A DNA stretch of 64,000 bases from Candidatus Aenigmatarchaeota archaeon (GCA_038733315.1 JAVYPJ010000002.1:84571-148570); one strand, 5' to 3'; numbered from the stretch's first letter, positions 48,227-58,870 are shown. The notes: generated by a model from the sequence alone, not told the origin. Made by a program: numbers and translations.

Positions 48227-49468
48227 TTAAATATAACCTCTAATTTTTGCCGATTTGTAAAGCCTCTCCATAGCAATAGATATTGCAGCTTCTCTAAGAT
48301 TATTTAAATTTTCCTCTTCAAATTTTTTATAAACATTTTCGAACGAATTTTTTAAAATTTTCTCCAACTCTTTTTTATTTTTTTCTTCATCCCAAATATA
48401 CCAGCTTATGTTTTGAATCCATTCTAAGTAAGAAGCAATTACTCCGCCTGAGTTTGCTAATATATCTGGCACTATAGTAATACCTTTTTTACTTAATTCT
48501 AATTCAGCTTCTTGCTGTGTTGGATTATTCGCACCTTCAACTATTATTTTTGCATTTATTCTGTTAAAGTTTTTATCCGTAATTATATTTTCTATTGAAG
48601 CTGGTATAAGTATATCGCAATTTACATACAGCGAAAAATTGGTATCTTCGATTTTCTTTGCGTTTTTATACTCTATAATTTTTCCACATTTTTCTTTTAT
48701 CTTAATAATTTCATTTATTTTTAAACCGTTTTCATCATAAATAGTTCCAGAACTATCAGAAATAGAAACAATCTTTGCACCAAATCTTTCTAGCCAATAC
48801 GCAGCCCATTTACCAACGTTACCAAAGCCATGAATGGAAATAGCTTTATTTTCAATTCCATCGAGCAATTTTTCTGAAATTAGTTTAGAGATAAAGGCAA
48901 CTCCATAGCCTGTCGAATACTCTCTTATTGGATTTCCAAAAAGATCCATAGGTTTAGAAGTAAACGCAGCAAAAGTGTTATAACCTTCGATTTTACTTAA
49001 CTCATCTACCATCCAGGCCATTATTTGTGAGTTTGTTCCTAAGTCTGGTGCAGGTATATCTATCTCATTTCCAATAATTAATCGAATAGCTCTAACATAT
49101 TCTCTGCTTAATTTTTCTAGTTCTTCTGAATTTAACTCCTTTGGATTAACCTTTATAGCTCCCTTAGCACCTCCATAAGGTAAGTTAGCTAGGCTATTTT
49201 TTAATGTCATTATCATTGCAAGAGCAATATCATCCTCTAGAGTTACATTTTCGTAAAATCTTATGCCTCCTTTATATGGCCCTAAAAAATTGTTGTGTTG
49301 CACTCTATAAGCTTCAAAAATTTTTAACCCTTTAGAAGTTTTAATCGGTAAGTGAGTTATTAAAACTCTTTGAGGTTTAATTATTAATTCTTCGAATTCT
49401 TTCGGATAGTTGTTTAATTCTATCCCTCTTCTATATATTTTTACTACGTTATTTAACATAGAACTCAT
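48227..49468 (-). CDS. gdhA: Glutamate dehydrogenase (Glu/Leu/Phe/Val family)
   Basis: GPYKGGIRF, PYGGAKG, DIPAPD, GFGNVG, EGAN, PDILANSGGV. Confidence 0.95.
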   Translation of the reverse strand: MSSMLNNVVKIYRRGIELNNYPKEFEELIIKPQRVLITHLPIKTSKGLKIFEAYRVQHNNFLGPYKGGIRFYENVTLEDDIALAMIMTLKNSLANLPYGGAKGAIKVNPKELNSEELEKLSREYVRAIRLIIGNEIDIPAPDLGTNSQIMAWMVDELSKIEGYNTFAAFTSKPMDLFGNPIREYSTGYGVAFISKLISEKLLDGIENKAISIHGFGNVGKWAAYWLERFGAKIVSISDSSGTIYDENGLKINEIIKIKEKCGKIIEYKNAKKIEDTNFSLYVNCDILIPASIENIITDKNFNRINAKIIVEGANNPTQQEAELELSKKGITIVPDILANSGGVIASYLEWIQNISWYIWDEEKNKKELEKILKNSFENVYKKFEEENLNNLREAAISIAMERLYKSAKIRGYI

Positions 49469-49712
49469 AATATTTCTTCTCTTTAAATAAATCTTTAATA
49501 AGTTTCGAGATCAGAATTTCAACAGTTTTTTACTAGGGTTTCCAAAATAACCTTATGAATATTAATAAACCAATCTTTCACATAACGTTTAATTTATAAT
49601 CTCTTTGTGTGTTTACTCATAAAAAATTCGAATTTCACTCTCTGGATTTTCTTATGATTCAATTTTTATAGTAAACATAGAATTCATAAAAGATAGTATC
49701 AAAAATTATTTT

Positions 49713-52247
49713 ATGGATTTGCCTAAAAAAGTTATAAAAAGGGAAAACTATTCGCAAGATTTTAAAACAGAAAAGATTGAAAATGCAATCAAAAGGGCTT
49801 TAATTGCGAGCAATAAATTTGATGAAAATTTATTAAAAAATTTAACAAATCAAGCATTAAATAAAATATCTCAAAAATTTAAAGATAAATATCCGCATGT
49901 AGAAGAAATTCAAGATATTATAGAGCAAGTCTTAATAGAAAATAATCTATACGAAACTTCTAAGGCCTTTATTTTATATAGAAAAGAAAGAGAAAAAATA
50001 AGAGAAGAAAAGAAAAAAATACTAAATAAAGAATTCTTAGATGAAATCGATAAAAGGTTTTCTGTTAATGCATTAAGAGTTCTTTCATCTAGATATTTAT
50101 TAAGGGATGAAAATGGTAAAATTATAGAATCGCCAAAGCAATTATTTGAAAGGGTTGCTGCATTAGTTGTAATATCGGACATACTTTATGATGAAAAAAT
50201 TTTCGATAAAGATGGCAAACAAAAAATTCATGAATATGAAGAGTTCGATGTTAAAAATTTCGAAGGAAAGATATCCCTAGCAAAAAAAGTTTTTTGGAAT
50301 AAATATCATTTAGAAAGAATGAAGGCTTTATACGATGAATTAAATTCTCAGCAAAAAATGAAAGTTCGTTGGAGTGAGTTTTTAAAAATGCTAGAAAATG
50401 GAGAATTTGATAAATATTACGAAAATTTTTTAGAGTATTTTAATCTAATGGCATATAAAAAATTTTTTCCAAACTCTCCTACACTATTTAATGCAGCAAC
50501 AAAATTGGGAATGTTAAGTGCATGTTTTGTTTTAGATGTTGAGGATAGTATAGAAAGTATAATGGATCTTTCAAAAAACATAGGTATAATATTTAAAGCT
50601 GGTGGTGGTGTTGGGGTGAATTATTCTAAAATAAGACCAGAGGGCGATATTATAAGAAGTACCTTTGGTATTGCTAGTGGCCCAATTTCTTTTATGAGAC
50701 TTATAGATAATTTAACTAATATAATTAAAAGTGGTGGAAAAAGAAGAGGGGCAAATATGGGAATATTAGAAATATGGCATCCAGACATAGAGAAATTTAT
50801 TTCCTCAAAGAATAATGAAGGTTTTTTAGAAAATTTTAACATTTCTGTTTTAATTAATGAAAGGTTTATTAAAGCTTTTGAAAATAATGAAGAATTTGAG
50901 TTAATTAATCCTAGAGACGGAAAGGTTTGGAAAAGGATTAATGCAAGGGATTTGTTTATGGAAATTGCAAAAAATGCATGGAATTCTGCAGAGCCTGGAG
51001 TACTTTTTTTAGAAAATATTAATAAGTATAACGTAATGAAAGAATCTTATGGATTAATCAAAGCAACAAATCCTTGTGGAGAGGTTCCACAATATCCTTA
51101 TGAAAGCTGCAACTTAGGTTCAATAAATTTATACGCATTTATTAAAAGAGAAAATGATAAAACTTATTTTGATTGGAATGAATTTATTCAAACAATTAAA
51201 ATTGCAACTAGATTTTTAGATAATGTTATTGATGTAAACAACTTTCCTTTAAAAGAAATTGGAGAAAAAACAAAAAAGCTGAGAAGAATTGGCTTAGGAA
51301 TAATGGGGTTAGCTGAAACTTTGTTTGCACTAAAAATTAGATATAATAGCGAAGAGGGTTTTGAGTTTATGAGAAAAATTGGAGAAACCTTAGCTTATTA
51401 CGCTACTTTAACTTCAATTGAATTAGCAGAAAAAAGAGGAAGTTATCCAGAATTTGAAAAAAGCTTACATTCTAAAGGATTCCTAGGATTTAGAGGTGTA
51501 TATGAATTAGAAAAAACATATTATGATTGGAATGAAATAAAAGAAAAAGTAAAAAGCGGAATTAGAAATGTTGCGGTAATTAGTATTGCTCCTACTGGCA
51601 CTATTTCTATGATTGCGGACACTTCAGCTGGTATTGAGCCACAATTTTCTTTAGTTTTTGAAAAGGAAGTTAGCATAGGAAAATTTTATTACATTGATTA
51701 CGAATTAGAAATGCAATTAAAAGAGAGAGGATTATATAAAGAGGAAATAATTAAAAAAATTTCGGAAAGTGGAAGCATTCAAAGTATTGAAGAAATTCCG
51801 AATGATATGAAAGAATACTTTGTTATTGCTTACGAAATTCCTTGGCAAGATCACTTAAGAGCTCAATACGAATTTAGTTTTTGGGTTGATAATGGAATAA
51901 GTAAAACTATAAATATGCCTTTCGAAACTTCTTGGAAAGATGTTTTAAACGCTTTTTATTCTGCTTATAAGCTGGGATTAAAAGGGGTAACAATATTTAG
52001 AGAGGGTTCAAGAATCCCTGTTTATAAGTTTATGCATTCAATCAAAAAAATTTTTTATAATGAAAAAACATTAGAAATGCTAAAATCGTTTAGTGTAGAA
52101 GTAAAATCATTAGAAGAAAAAGATTTTTCGAAAAAAATTGAAAACAAAATTTTTAGATGCCCAAATTGTGGGAGTAATCTAATTGTTTTTAGAGAAAATT
52201 GCTTAAATTGCCTAGAGTGTAGTTGGAATACATGCTTGTTGGGATAA
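49713..52247 (+). CDS. nrdJ: Class II (adenosylcobalamin-dependent) ribonucleotide reductase with N-terminal ATP cone and C-terminal Zn ribbon
   Basis: [52 protein letters not shown]...CLEC. Confidence 0.95.
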   Translation: MDLPKKVIKRENYSQDFKTEKIENAIKRALIASNKFDENLLKNLTNQALNKISQKFKDKYPHVEEIQDIIEQVLIENNLYETSKAFILYRKEREKIREEKKKILNKEFLDEIDKRFSVNALRVLSSRYLLRDENGKIIESPKQLFERVAALVVISDILYDEKIFDKDGKQKIHEYEEFDVKNFEGKISLAKKVFWNKYHLERMKALYDELNSQQKMKVRWSEFLKMLENGEFDKYYENFLEYFNLMAYKKFFPNSPTLFNAATKLGMLSACFVLDVEDSIESIMDLSKNIGIIFKAGGGVGVNYSKIRPEGDIIRSTFGIASGPISFMRLIDNLTNIIKSGGKRRGANMGILEIWHPDIEKFISSKNNEGFLENFNISVLINERFIKAFENNEEFELINPRDGKVWKRINARDLFMEIAKNAWNSAEPGVLFLENINKYNVMKESYGLIKATNPCGEVPQYPYESCNLGSINLYAFIKRENDKTYFDWNEFIQTIKIATRFLDNVIDVNNFPLKEIGEKTKKLRRIGLGIMGLAETLFALKIRYNSEEGFEFMRKIGETLAYYATLTSIELAEKRGSYPEFEKSLHSKGFLGFRGVYELEKTYYDWNEIKEKVKSGIRNVAVISIAPTGTISMIADTSAGIEPQFSLVFEKEVSIGKFYYIDYELEMQLKERGLYKEEIIKKISESGSIQSIEEIPNDMKEYFVIAYEIPWQDHLRAQYEFSFWVDNGISKTINMPFETSWKDVLNAFYSAYKLGLKGVTIFREGSRIPVYKFMHSIKKIFYNEKTLEMLKSFSVEVKSLEEKDFSKKIENKIFRCPNCGSNLIVFRENCLNCLECSWNTCLLG

Positions 52248-52265
52248 AAAGTAAAAGGTCTAGTA

Positions 52266-53276
52266 TTAGATAGGAATTGCCATGCAAATGTTGTTAATAC
52301 ACTTTATTCTTAAATTACCGGCAATACCGCTACAAAAATCTGGACATTGTCTTGATGTATCGATAAATCTCTTATTTCCGATAGCACATTTACCTGTTTC
52401 TCTATCAACTCCACATGCACAGTCTTCATCTAATTGACAATACATTTTCATTGCTTCTGGAGGAAGACCAGGAATTTCTGAAGTTTCTCCGCTACAAGCT
52501 TTAAGGTCGTTATCAGTAAAATTTGGAAGTCCACCATCCATTCCAAAATCAGTTAAATTAATTACTCTTCTATAATCTCCAATCGTCTCACTATTCATAA
52601 CAAGATAAGTTGGAACTTCTCCTGAGAGCCAAAGCTCATTAACAATTTTATTACCTTCGAAAGTAGTTTCCCTTCTAAATTTATATACTTCGATTTGTTT
52701 TCCAGATTCTAAGGTTATTTTTCCTTTACCTATAAAATTCCATTCAGAGGTTTTAACGATGTATTCATTTTCCAAATTTTTCCTAGAGAATTCTTCATAA
52801 GGTATACCACTAATACTCGTTGGCAGTTGTTTTAGACAGAGTGTTGGGGTTTTTTCTTTTTTAATTAGATAAACCGTCTCACTATTTTCCGGGCTAAATA
52901 GGATTGCAAAAGAGTAACCTTCAATGGCACTTCCCTCTTTTCCATCTAGCTCAATCCCAACGTATTCTTTACCCTCGATTGGAAGAGAAATAAGTTTAAC
53001 TAATAACTTACCTGTTACTTGGGTTTCGCTTTTTCTTTGAATTATTATACTATAGCCCTCTATTTTATACTCTGCCCAGGCACCTTTTTTAAAGCCAATT
53101 CCTTTAATTTTAATAGTATTTTCTGGTGTTATAGTGCCAATATCTTTTTCAGATATTTCCTTTTCAGTTAATTGCTCCTCAGTTTTTTGAATGCTTCCCG
53201 TAAACAAAAAAGTCGCCCCAATTAATATCGCAACGGTTACTCCAATTAAAGCAAGGATTAAAAAGACATTAGTCAT
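52266..53276 (-). CDS. Membrane-anchored secreted protein with C-terminal Cys-rich domain
   Basis: N-terminal TM; C-terminal CQLDEDCACG...CAIG...CPDFCSG...KCINNIC. Confidence 0.75.
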   Translation of the reverse strand: MTNVFLILALIGVTVAILIGATFLFTGSIQKTEEQLTEKEISEKDIGTITPENTIKIKGIGFKKGAWAEYKIEGYSIIIQRKSETQVTGKLLVKLISLPIEGKEYVGIELDGKEGSAIEGYSFAILFSPENSETVYLIKKEKTPTLCLKQLPTSISGIPYEEFSRKNLENEYIVKTSEWNFIGKGKITLESGKQIEVYKFRRETTFEGNKIVNELWLSGEVPTYLVMNSETIGDYRRVINLTDFGMDGGLPNFTDNDLKACSGETSEIPGLPPEAMKMYCQLDEDCACGVDRETGKCAIGNKRFIDTSRQCPDFCSGIAGNLRIKCINNICMAIPI

Positions 53277-53319
53277 AGATTAATAGTGTATTGAAAAAGT
53301 ATAAATATTTATTTAAACT

Positions 53320-53586
53320 TATTTTAAAACATACTTTTACGATGTAAGGTAAGATTTTTTGATAATAAAAAAAGGTGTTTTTATGCCAAGAGAAACTATT
53401 TTATCCTATGAAAAAATACAGAATGTGTATGTAGATCAAGATTTATTTGATAGAATTTTTAATTTATATGATGTTCATCTTTCAACAATAGGTCGCGTTT
53501 TACAAATGGAGCTGCACATAGATGGCATTTCAAAGGAAACTGCTGAAAGATTGAAAAGTTTTTTGTTAGGAAGAGTAAGGATTTAA
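53320..53586 (+). pseudogene. Truncated bacterial-PH (bPH_2)-like gene remnant
   Basis: YFKTYFYDVR*DFLIIKKGVF...YEKIQNVYVDQDLFDRIFNLYDVHLST; in-frame TAA at 53350-53352; no N-terminal TM region. Confidence 0.6.
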
Positions 53587-53858
53587 AAACTAATGCTAGA
53601 GTCAAAATTTGTAAATTAGGGGGAGGGGGAATAGAAGGATAGTAAAAAATAGAATAGTGATAGATTTAATGTTGGTTTTTTTTTCAGAAGGTGGCGAAAT
53701 ATGGATATATGGTGATTATAAAAGAATACATAAACATTGCAAAGCAAAGGTTTATCATAAGGGAAAACTTATCGAGACAGTTTAATTGACACTTTGAAAA
53801 TCAAAATACTCTGAGTTATTAAATTTTTCTGAATTTCTTGATAATTTAAATTTTATAA

Positions 53859-53942
53859 GCAGGGGTGGCCGAGCGGTCAAAGGCGGCAGGCTCAGAACCT
53901 GCTGGCTTAGTGCCTTCGTGGGTTCGAATCCCACCCCCTGCA
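53859..53942 (+). tRNA. tRNA-Leu(CAG)
   Basis: GCAGGGG/CCCCTGC acceptor, GCAGG-CT CAG AA-CCTGC, long variable arm, A73. Confidence 0.97.
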
Positions 53943-54048
53943 AACATGTTTCTCAAAATTTAAACTTTAAAAAATTTAAGTATAACAATGTTATAAATTT
54001 TATGATACAGCTAATAAAAATCAAAAAAATTAAAAAGTCTATAGTAAA

Positions 54049-55215
54049 ATGGCAAGAATAATGAAAGTTTATATGGATTATGCATCTACAACACCGATAG
54101 ATCCAAGAGTTTTAGAAGCTATGTTACCATTTCTAAAAAAGAAATTTGGAAATACTATGAGCTTACATTCTTTTGGAAGAGAGGCTAAAAAAGCTTTGGA
54201 AGATTCAAGAGAAGTTATAGCTAATTTAATGAATGCAAAACCAAATGAAGTAATTTTTACATCTAGCGCAACAGAAGCTAATAACATGGCTATAAAAGGA
54301 ATAGCTTTTGCAAATAAAGATAAAGGAAATCATATAATAATTTCTTCGATAGAACATCACTGCGTTTTAGAATCAACAAAATGGTTAGAAAAATTTGGTT
54401 TCAAAGTAGATTATTTGCCTGTTGATAAATATGGGTTTGTTGATTTAGAAAAGTTAGAAAATCTAATTAGAAAGGAAACCATTTTAGTATCAGTTATGCA
54501 TGCTAATAACGAAATTGGTACAATAGAACCAATTAAAGAAATAGGAAAAATCTGTAGAGAAAATGAGATATATTTTCATTCCGATGCTGCACAAAGTTTT
54601 GGAAAAATCGAAGTTAATGTTAAAAAATTTAATGTGGATCTTTTAACTGTAAGTTCTCATAAAATGTATGGGCCTAAGGGTGCAGCAGCTTTATATATAA
54701 GGGAAGGTACAAAAATAGAGCCATTATTACATGGCGGCGGACATGAATCTGGTTTAAGATCTTCTACAGTTAATATTCCAGCTATTGTTGGTTTTGCCGA
54801 AGCAGCAAGAATAGCTAAAAAAGAAATGAAAAAAGAATCAGCAAGATTAACAAAATTAAGAGATAAGTTAATAAGGGGTGTTTTAGAGAGCATAGAAGAT
54901 TCTCATTTGAATGGACATCCAAAAAAAAGATTACCAAATAATGCAAATTTTTGGTTTGCTGGAGTTGAGGGAGAAGCTTTGGTTTCATTACTAGATTTCT
55001 ATGGTGTTGCAGCATCTACAGGATCAGCTTGTTCATTCTCTTCATTAGAACCAAGTCATGTACTTTTAGCAATTGGGTTGAAACCTCATGAAGCTCATGG
55101 AAGTTTAAGATTAAGCTTAGGAAGATGGACTACTAAGGAAGAAGTTAATTACGTTTTAGAAGTTTTACCAAAGGCTATAAGCAGATTAAGAAAAATTTCT
55201 ATTTTCAAGAAGTAA
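54049..55215 (+). CDS. iscS: Cysteine desulfurase IscS/NifS
   Basis: YMDYASTTP, SATEANN, PLP lysine SSHKMYGPKG, catalytic STGSACS. Confidence 0.96.
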   Translation: MARIMKVYMDYASTTPIDPRVLEAMLPFLKKKFGNTMSLHSFGREAKKALEDSREVIANLMNAKPNEVIFTSSATEANNMAIKGIAFANKDKGNHIIISSIEHHCVLESTKWLEKFGFKVDYLPVDKYGFVDLEKLENLIRKETILVSVMHANNEIGTIEPIKEIGKICRENEIYFHSDAAQSFGKIEVNVKKFNVDLLTVSSHKMYGPKGAAALYIREGTKIEPLLHGGGHESGLRSSTVNIPAIVGFAEAARIAKKEMKKESARLTKLRDKLIRGVLESIEDSHLNGHPKKRLPNNANFWFAGVEGEALVSLLDFYGVAASTGSACSFSSLEPSHVLLAIGLKPHEAHGSLRLSLGRWTTKEEVNYVLEVLPKAISRLRKISIFKK

Positions 55216-55220
55216 TTTTT

Positions 55221-55700
55221 ATGGAGTTGTATTCTAAAGAAATAATGAAGCATTTTAAAAATCCGAAGAATGTGGGTAGAATTAAAAATGCAGATGGAAT
55301 TGGTGAAGCAGGAAATTTAGTTTGCGGAGATATAATGAGAATATATATTAAAGTTAGTGAAAAAAACAATAAAAAAGTAATAAAAGACATAAAGTTTGAA
55401 ACTTTTGGTTGTGTTGTTGCAATTGCAAACACTAGTTTACTAACCACCTTAGTTAAAGGAAAGACCATAGAAGAAGCGCTAAGCATTAAAAAAGAAGATT
55501 TAATTAAAAAGTTAGGTAAAGTTCCGCCAATTAAAATTCATTGCTCTGTTTTAGCTATCGATGCTTTGAAAGAAGCTATTTATGATTATTTAAAAAAACA
55601 GAACTTACCAATTCCTAAGGAATTAGAAGAAGATCATAAAAGGATTGTTAAAGCAAAGGAAAAGATAAAAAATTATGCGAATAGTAGAATTAAATTTTAA
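55221..55700 (+). CDS. iscU: Fe-S scaffold IscU/NifU N-terminal type
   Basis: HFKNPKNVG, GNLVCGD, FGC, KIHCSVLA. Confidence 0.95.
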   Translation: MELYSKEIMKHFKNPKNVGRIKNADGIGEAGNLVCGDIMRIYIKVSEKNNKKVIKDIKFETFGCVVAIANTSLLTTLVKGKTIEEALSIKKEDLIKKLGKVPPIKIHCSVLAIDALKEAIYDYLKKQNLPIPKELEEDHKRIVKAKEKIKNYANSRIKF

Positions 55701-55721
55701 ATCAATCTCATTTAAATTATT

Positions 55722-56081
55722 ATGATTGATATATTATCTATAAGAATTGGCTTTCATATAATAACCATAATTTTAGCTATTTTTGGAGCCTATATTTCAT
55801 ACAAGATTTATAATAATCTTAGCAAGAAGCCTAAGGAATCTTTAATATTAGCTTTCGGTCTTCCTATTAAAGAAGTTAAGCTAGAAACAAAACTTAAGAT
55901 TATTTTTTATCTTTGTATGTGTTTAGCTGCATTTTATTATATTTTGGAAAAAATATATCCAGAAGTATTTTACTTTGTAGTTTTGAGGGGAGTACTTTCT
56001 TTACTCTTTGCCATAGGAGTTATCTATGTTTTCACTAGATGGTATATTAGACTAGAAAAAATAGGAAAAGAATGGAAATAA
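55722..56081 (+). CDS. Hypothetical membrane protein (paralog 1)
   Basis: 119 aa, 3 TM segments. Confidence 0.65.
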   Translation: MIDILSIRIGFHIITIILAIFGAYISYKIYNNLSKKPKESLILAFGLPIKEVKLETKLKIIFYLCMCLAAFYYILEKIYPEVFYFVVLRGVLSLLFAIGVIYVFTRWYIRLEKIGKEWK

Positions 56082-56422
56082 CAATATTCACTTTTAAAAT
56101 ATTTTTTGGATTTATAACATTTGCTATTTTTGCATTTGGCAGCTATTTTGCAATAAGATTCTATAAAAACTTGAATAAAAACGAAAAAGCCGTTTTAATG
56201 CAATTTTACTTAGACAAAGAAGTACAAAAAAGTCTTAAAATCCTATCACTTACAGCAATAATATTTTGCATAGGTTTAGTATTCGATATAATAGGCGCAA
56301 TGTTTAACATTGAAATTTATGAAAATTTAGGTAAGATATTGTTGTTACCAATGTTTTTGGGCTTCTTAAAATTTTCTAAGGCGTTATATATCTCTTCTAA
56401 AAAAATTCTACAAAAAGCTTAA
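56072..56422 (+). CDS. Hypothetical membrane protein (paralog 2)
   Basis: 116 aa, 3 TM segments; overlaps and resembles the previous gene. Confidence 0.65.
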   Translation: MEITIFTFKIFFGFITFAIFAFGSYFAIRFYKNLNKNEKAVLMQFYLDKEVQKSLKILSLTAIIFCIGLVFDIIGAMFNIEIYENLGKILLLPMFLGFLKFSKALYISSKKILQKA

Positions 56423-56428
56423 AGGGCA

Positions 56429-56560
56429 TTATTCTTCAATTTCTCTTTTGAACCTTTTTAGAGTGTTAATTATTTTTGTTTCTTCAACCTTTAAAAATTT
56501 AAAAATTCTTTTCAAAATGTTATATTTTTTCGAAAGCAATTCTATTTCTTTCTCTTCCAT
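56429..56560 (-). CDS. Small 43-aa helical ORF overlapping the alaS 3' end (not in ORF track)
   Basis: Manual translation MEEKEIELLSKKYNILKRIFKFLKVEETKIINTLKRFKREIEE*; fills the gap exactly. Confidence 0.45.
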   Translation of the reverse strand: MEEKEIELLSKKYNILKRIFKFLKVEETKIINTLKRFKREIEE

Positions 56561-58839
56561 GTTTCAAATAGCTCCTTAACTTTTTCGAAAACTTCTTCAT
56601 AAGAGCAGTTTAAAAACTCACAGATTTCATCTAAAATCTTTTCTCTATCTTTCAAAAATTTTATAGCAGCATTTCCAGCTACAAACTCTATTCTAATAAC
56701 ATCATCCGAAATTTTCTTAGTAGAAATAATTTTAATAAGTTCAACATCTTTTGTATTATTTCCATGTGTACCGCTACATGCCTCTACATCTATTTCATTA
56801 ATCTTTACTATTCTTACCGTTTTTTCTGGAATATATCCTCCTTGATAAATTCTAAATCCATATTTTTTCTCAGCTTCATTTCTATCTAAAAATTCTTTTT
56901 CAATAGGTAAACCATTTCTAACTATTTCATTTGCTATACTTTCTATTTTTTCTATTTGCTCGTCGCTAAGACTTTCAAAATGAGTAATATCAATTCTAGC
57001 TTTATCAAAATCTTTTTCTGCTCCTGCTTGCCATACATGCTTACCTAAGACATTTCTAGCCGATGCCAAAATTATATGTGCTGCGTCGTGGTGTATTGTT
57101 AATTGTTTTCTTCTTTCAACATCTATTTTACATTTTACTATAGAATTTTCTTTTAGATTTTTAGCATTTTCAACCCTATGAAGTATATGTTTACCAATCT
57201 TTATAACCTCTATAACTCTACAATCTTCTATATATCCCAAATCACATTTTTGACCACCTTGCTCTGGGAAAAATGCAGTTCTATCCAAAATTACATAATC
57301 ATCGATAATTTTAAGAACCTTAGCATCAAATTCAAATATATCACTATAATACATTTCTATAGTATTTGGAATTTCTTTTATATCTATTTTCTTTTCTTCC
57401 AAGTTTTTAGATTCAACCTTCTTTTTAATTTCTTCAACAAAGCTTTTTTCAATTTTTATTCCGAATTCCTCTTCCAAAAATTCAGGTCTAACTCCAAAGC
57501 TTTCATACAAAAGTTTAAAATCTTCCTTATCTAAGCTCTTCTTTTTTGACAATATTTTAGAAACAATCTTAAATGCATTAGCTTTTGCTTTTTCATATTT
57601 ACTTTTTTCAACTTCGATAACTTTTTGTATAACATCTATGCTTTCTTTTAGAGTTTCATCAAAGTATTCTAATTGCTTAGAGAATATTTCAAAGATTTTA
57701 ATCAAGTCGAAAGAAAAGTTCAGATTAGAATAATATTTTAACATTTTTCTAAGTATTATTCTTAAGTTATATCCACCACCTACATTGCTCGGTAATGCAC
57801 CATCGTTTATAGCTAATAAAAGTGCTCTACTAAAATCGCATATTCTGAAAATAGAGGAATATAAGTTAAGCTTATTTTTTATTTCTTCTTTTTCTAACCC
57901 TATTTTTTCAGAAACTTTTTTCAAAAATTCTTCTTCACTTATTTCTGTTAAGTCGTAATATCCAGATAAAGAATAAAAATCAAACATAAAAATTTCATCA
58001 AATTTTATACCTTCTTTTTCTAAAATAAAATTAATTGCTGGCTCGAAAGTTATTAAATAGCTATTTGGTTTTCCAGTTAGCAACCAAGGAAATCTTTCTA
58101 ATCCTGCACCCATATCTACAAGTCTTTTTGGCAATTTTCTAAAGGAATCTCCATAAAATTCGAATTCTGTAAAAACAGCATTGCCTAATTCTAATCCCCT
58201 AACAAAATATTCTAAGCTATATCCAAAAGCTTGAGAGCCAATCCAAACATCTTCTATAAAGGTTATTTCCAAGGGATTAACTTTAAATTCTTTTGTTAAT
58301 AATTCAAAATCAAGCCTTATTGTTTCATCTTTCCAATATCCGTTTTGTTCTGGAATAGTATGTTGACCTATCATTACAAAACTTACATAATGCCTTCCAG
58401 TAACCCCAACATTTTCTAAATCATTAAATCTTAAGCAAAATTGAGGAATTATTAGCCTATTTGCTGGCAATTCGAAATCTATATTTCCATTAACTTTTCT
58501 ATAAAAATCTACAACGCTTGCAACAACGAAATATAAATCTGGAAACCATCTTGCAACTATAGGATATCTTTTAATACTTTCATGTCCATTTTTTACAAAG
58601 AATTTTTCAATTCTTTTCCATGCAGAAACATAATCAACATCTTCTATTTTTTTGCCAATAAAGGAGTAACCATCGCAGCTTGAATCTCCGCAAGTTTTTC
58701 TGTTTGAATCCAAAGTCCAAAAAGCTTTTCCACATTTAGAGCAGACTTTTCTTTCAAAACCATTTTCTTTAAAAAAATTTAAATCATAAAAATCTTTCCA
58801 ATTCTTAGAAAAATATTTTCTAAGCTCGTCTTTATTCAT
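56542..58839 (-). CDS. alaS: Alanyl-tRNA synthetase (archaeal type; C-Ala domain absent)
   Basis: CSKC/CGDSSC, YPIVARW, CLRFNDLENVG, GLELGN, DMGAGLER, editing HHDAAH...EACSGTH; ends at FETWKRKK. Confidence 0.95.
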   Translation of the reverse strand: MNKDELRKYFSKNWKDFYDLNFFKENGFERKVCSKCGKAFWTLDSNRKTCGDSSCDGYSFIGKKIEDVDYVSAWKRIEKFFVKNGHESIKRYPIVARWFPDLYFVVASVVDFYRKVNGNIDFELPANRLIIPQFCLRFNDLENVGVTGRHYVSFVMIGQHTIPEQNGYWKDETIRLDFELLTKEFKVNPLEITFIEDVWIGSQAFGYSLEYFVRGLELGNAVFTEFEFYGDSFRKLPKRLVDMGAGLERFPWLLTGKPNSYLITFEPAINFILEKEGIKFDEIFMFDFYSLSGYYDLTEISEEEFLKKVSEKIGLEKEEIKNKLNLYSSIFRICDFSRALLLAINDGALPSNVGGGYNLRIILRKMLKYYSNLNFSFDLIKIFEIFSKQLEYFDETLKESIDVIQKVIEVEKSKYEKAKANAFKIVSKILSKKKSLDKEDFKLLYESFGVRPEFLEEEFGIKIEKSFVEEIKKKVESKNLEEKKIDIKEIPNTIEMYYSDIFEFDAKVLKIIDDYVILDRTAFFPEQGGQKCDLGYIEDCRVIEVIKIGKHILHRVENAKNLKENSIVKCKIDVERRKQLTIHHDAAHIILASARNVLGKHVWQAGAEKDFDKARIDITHFESLSDEQIEKIESIANEIVRNGLPIEKEFLDRNEAEKKYGFRIYQGGYIPEKTVRIVKINEIDVEACSGTHGNNTKDVELIKIISTKKISDDVIRIEFVAGNAAIKFLKDREKILDEICEFLNCSYEEVFEKVKELFETWKRKK

Positions 58840-58870
58840 AAAAAATAATAAAATTAAAATAAAAATGCTA

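Noticed and set aside
49469-49712. Cobalamin riboswitch or structured ncRNA upstream of nrdJ
   Set aside because: The region is AT-rich with no stable stems or B12-box consensus visible.
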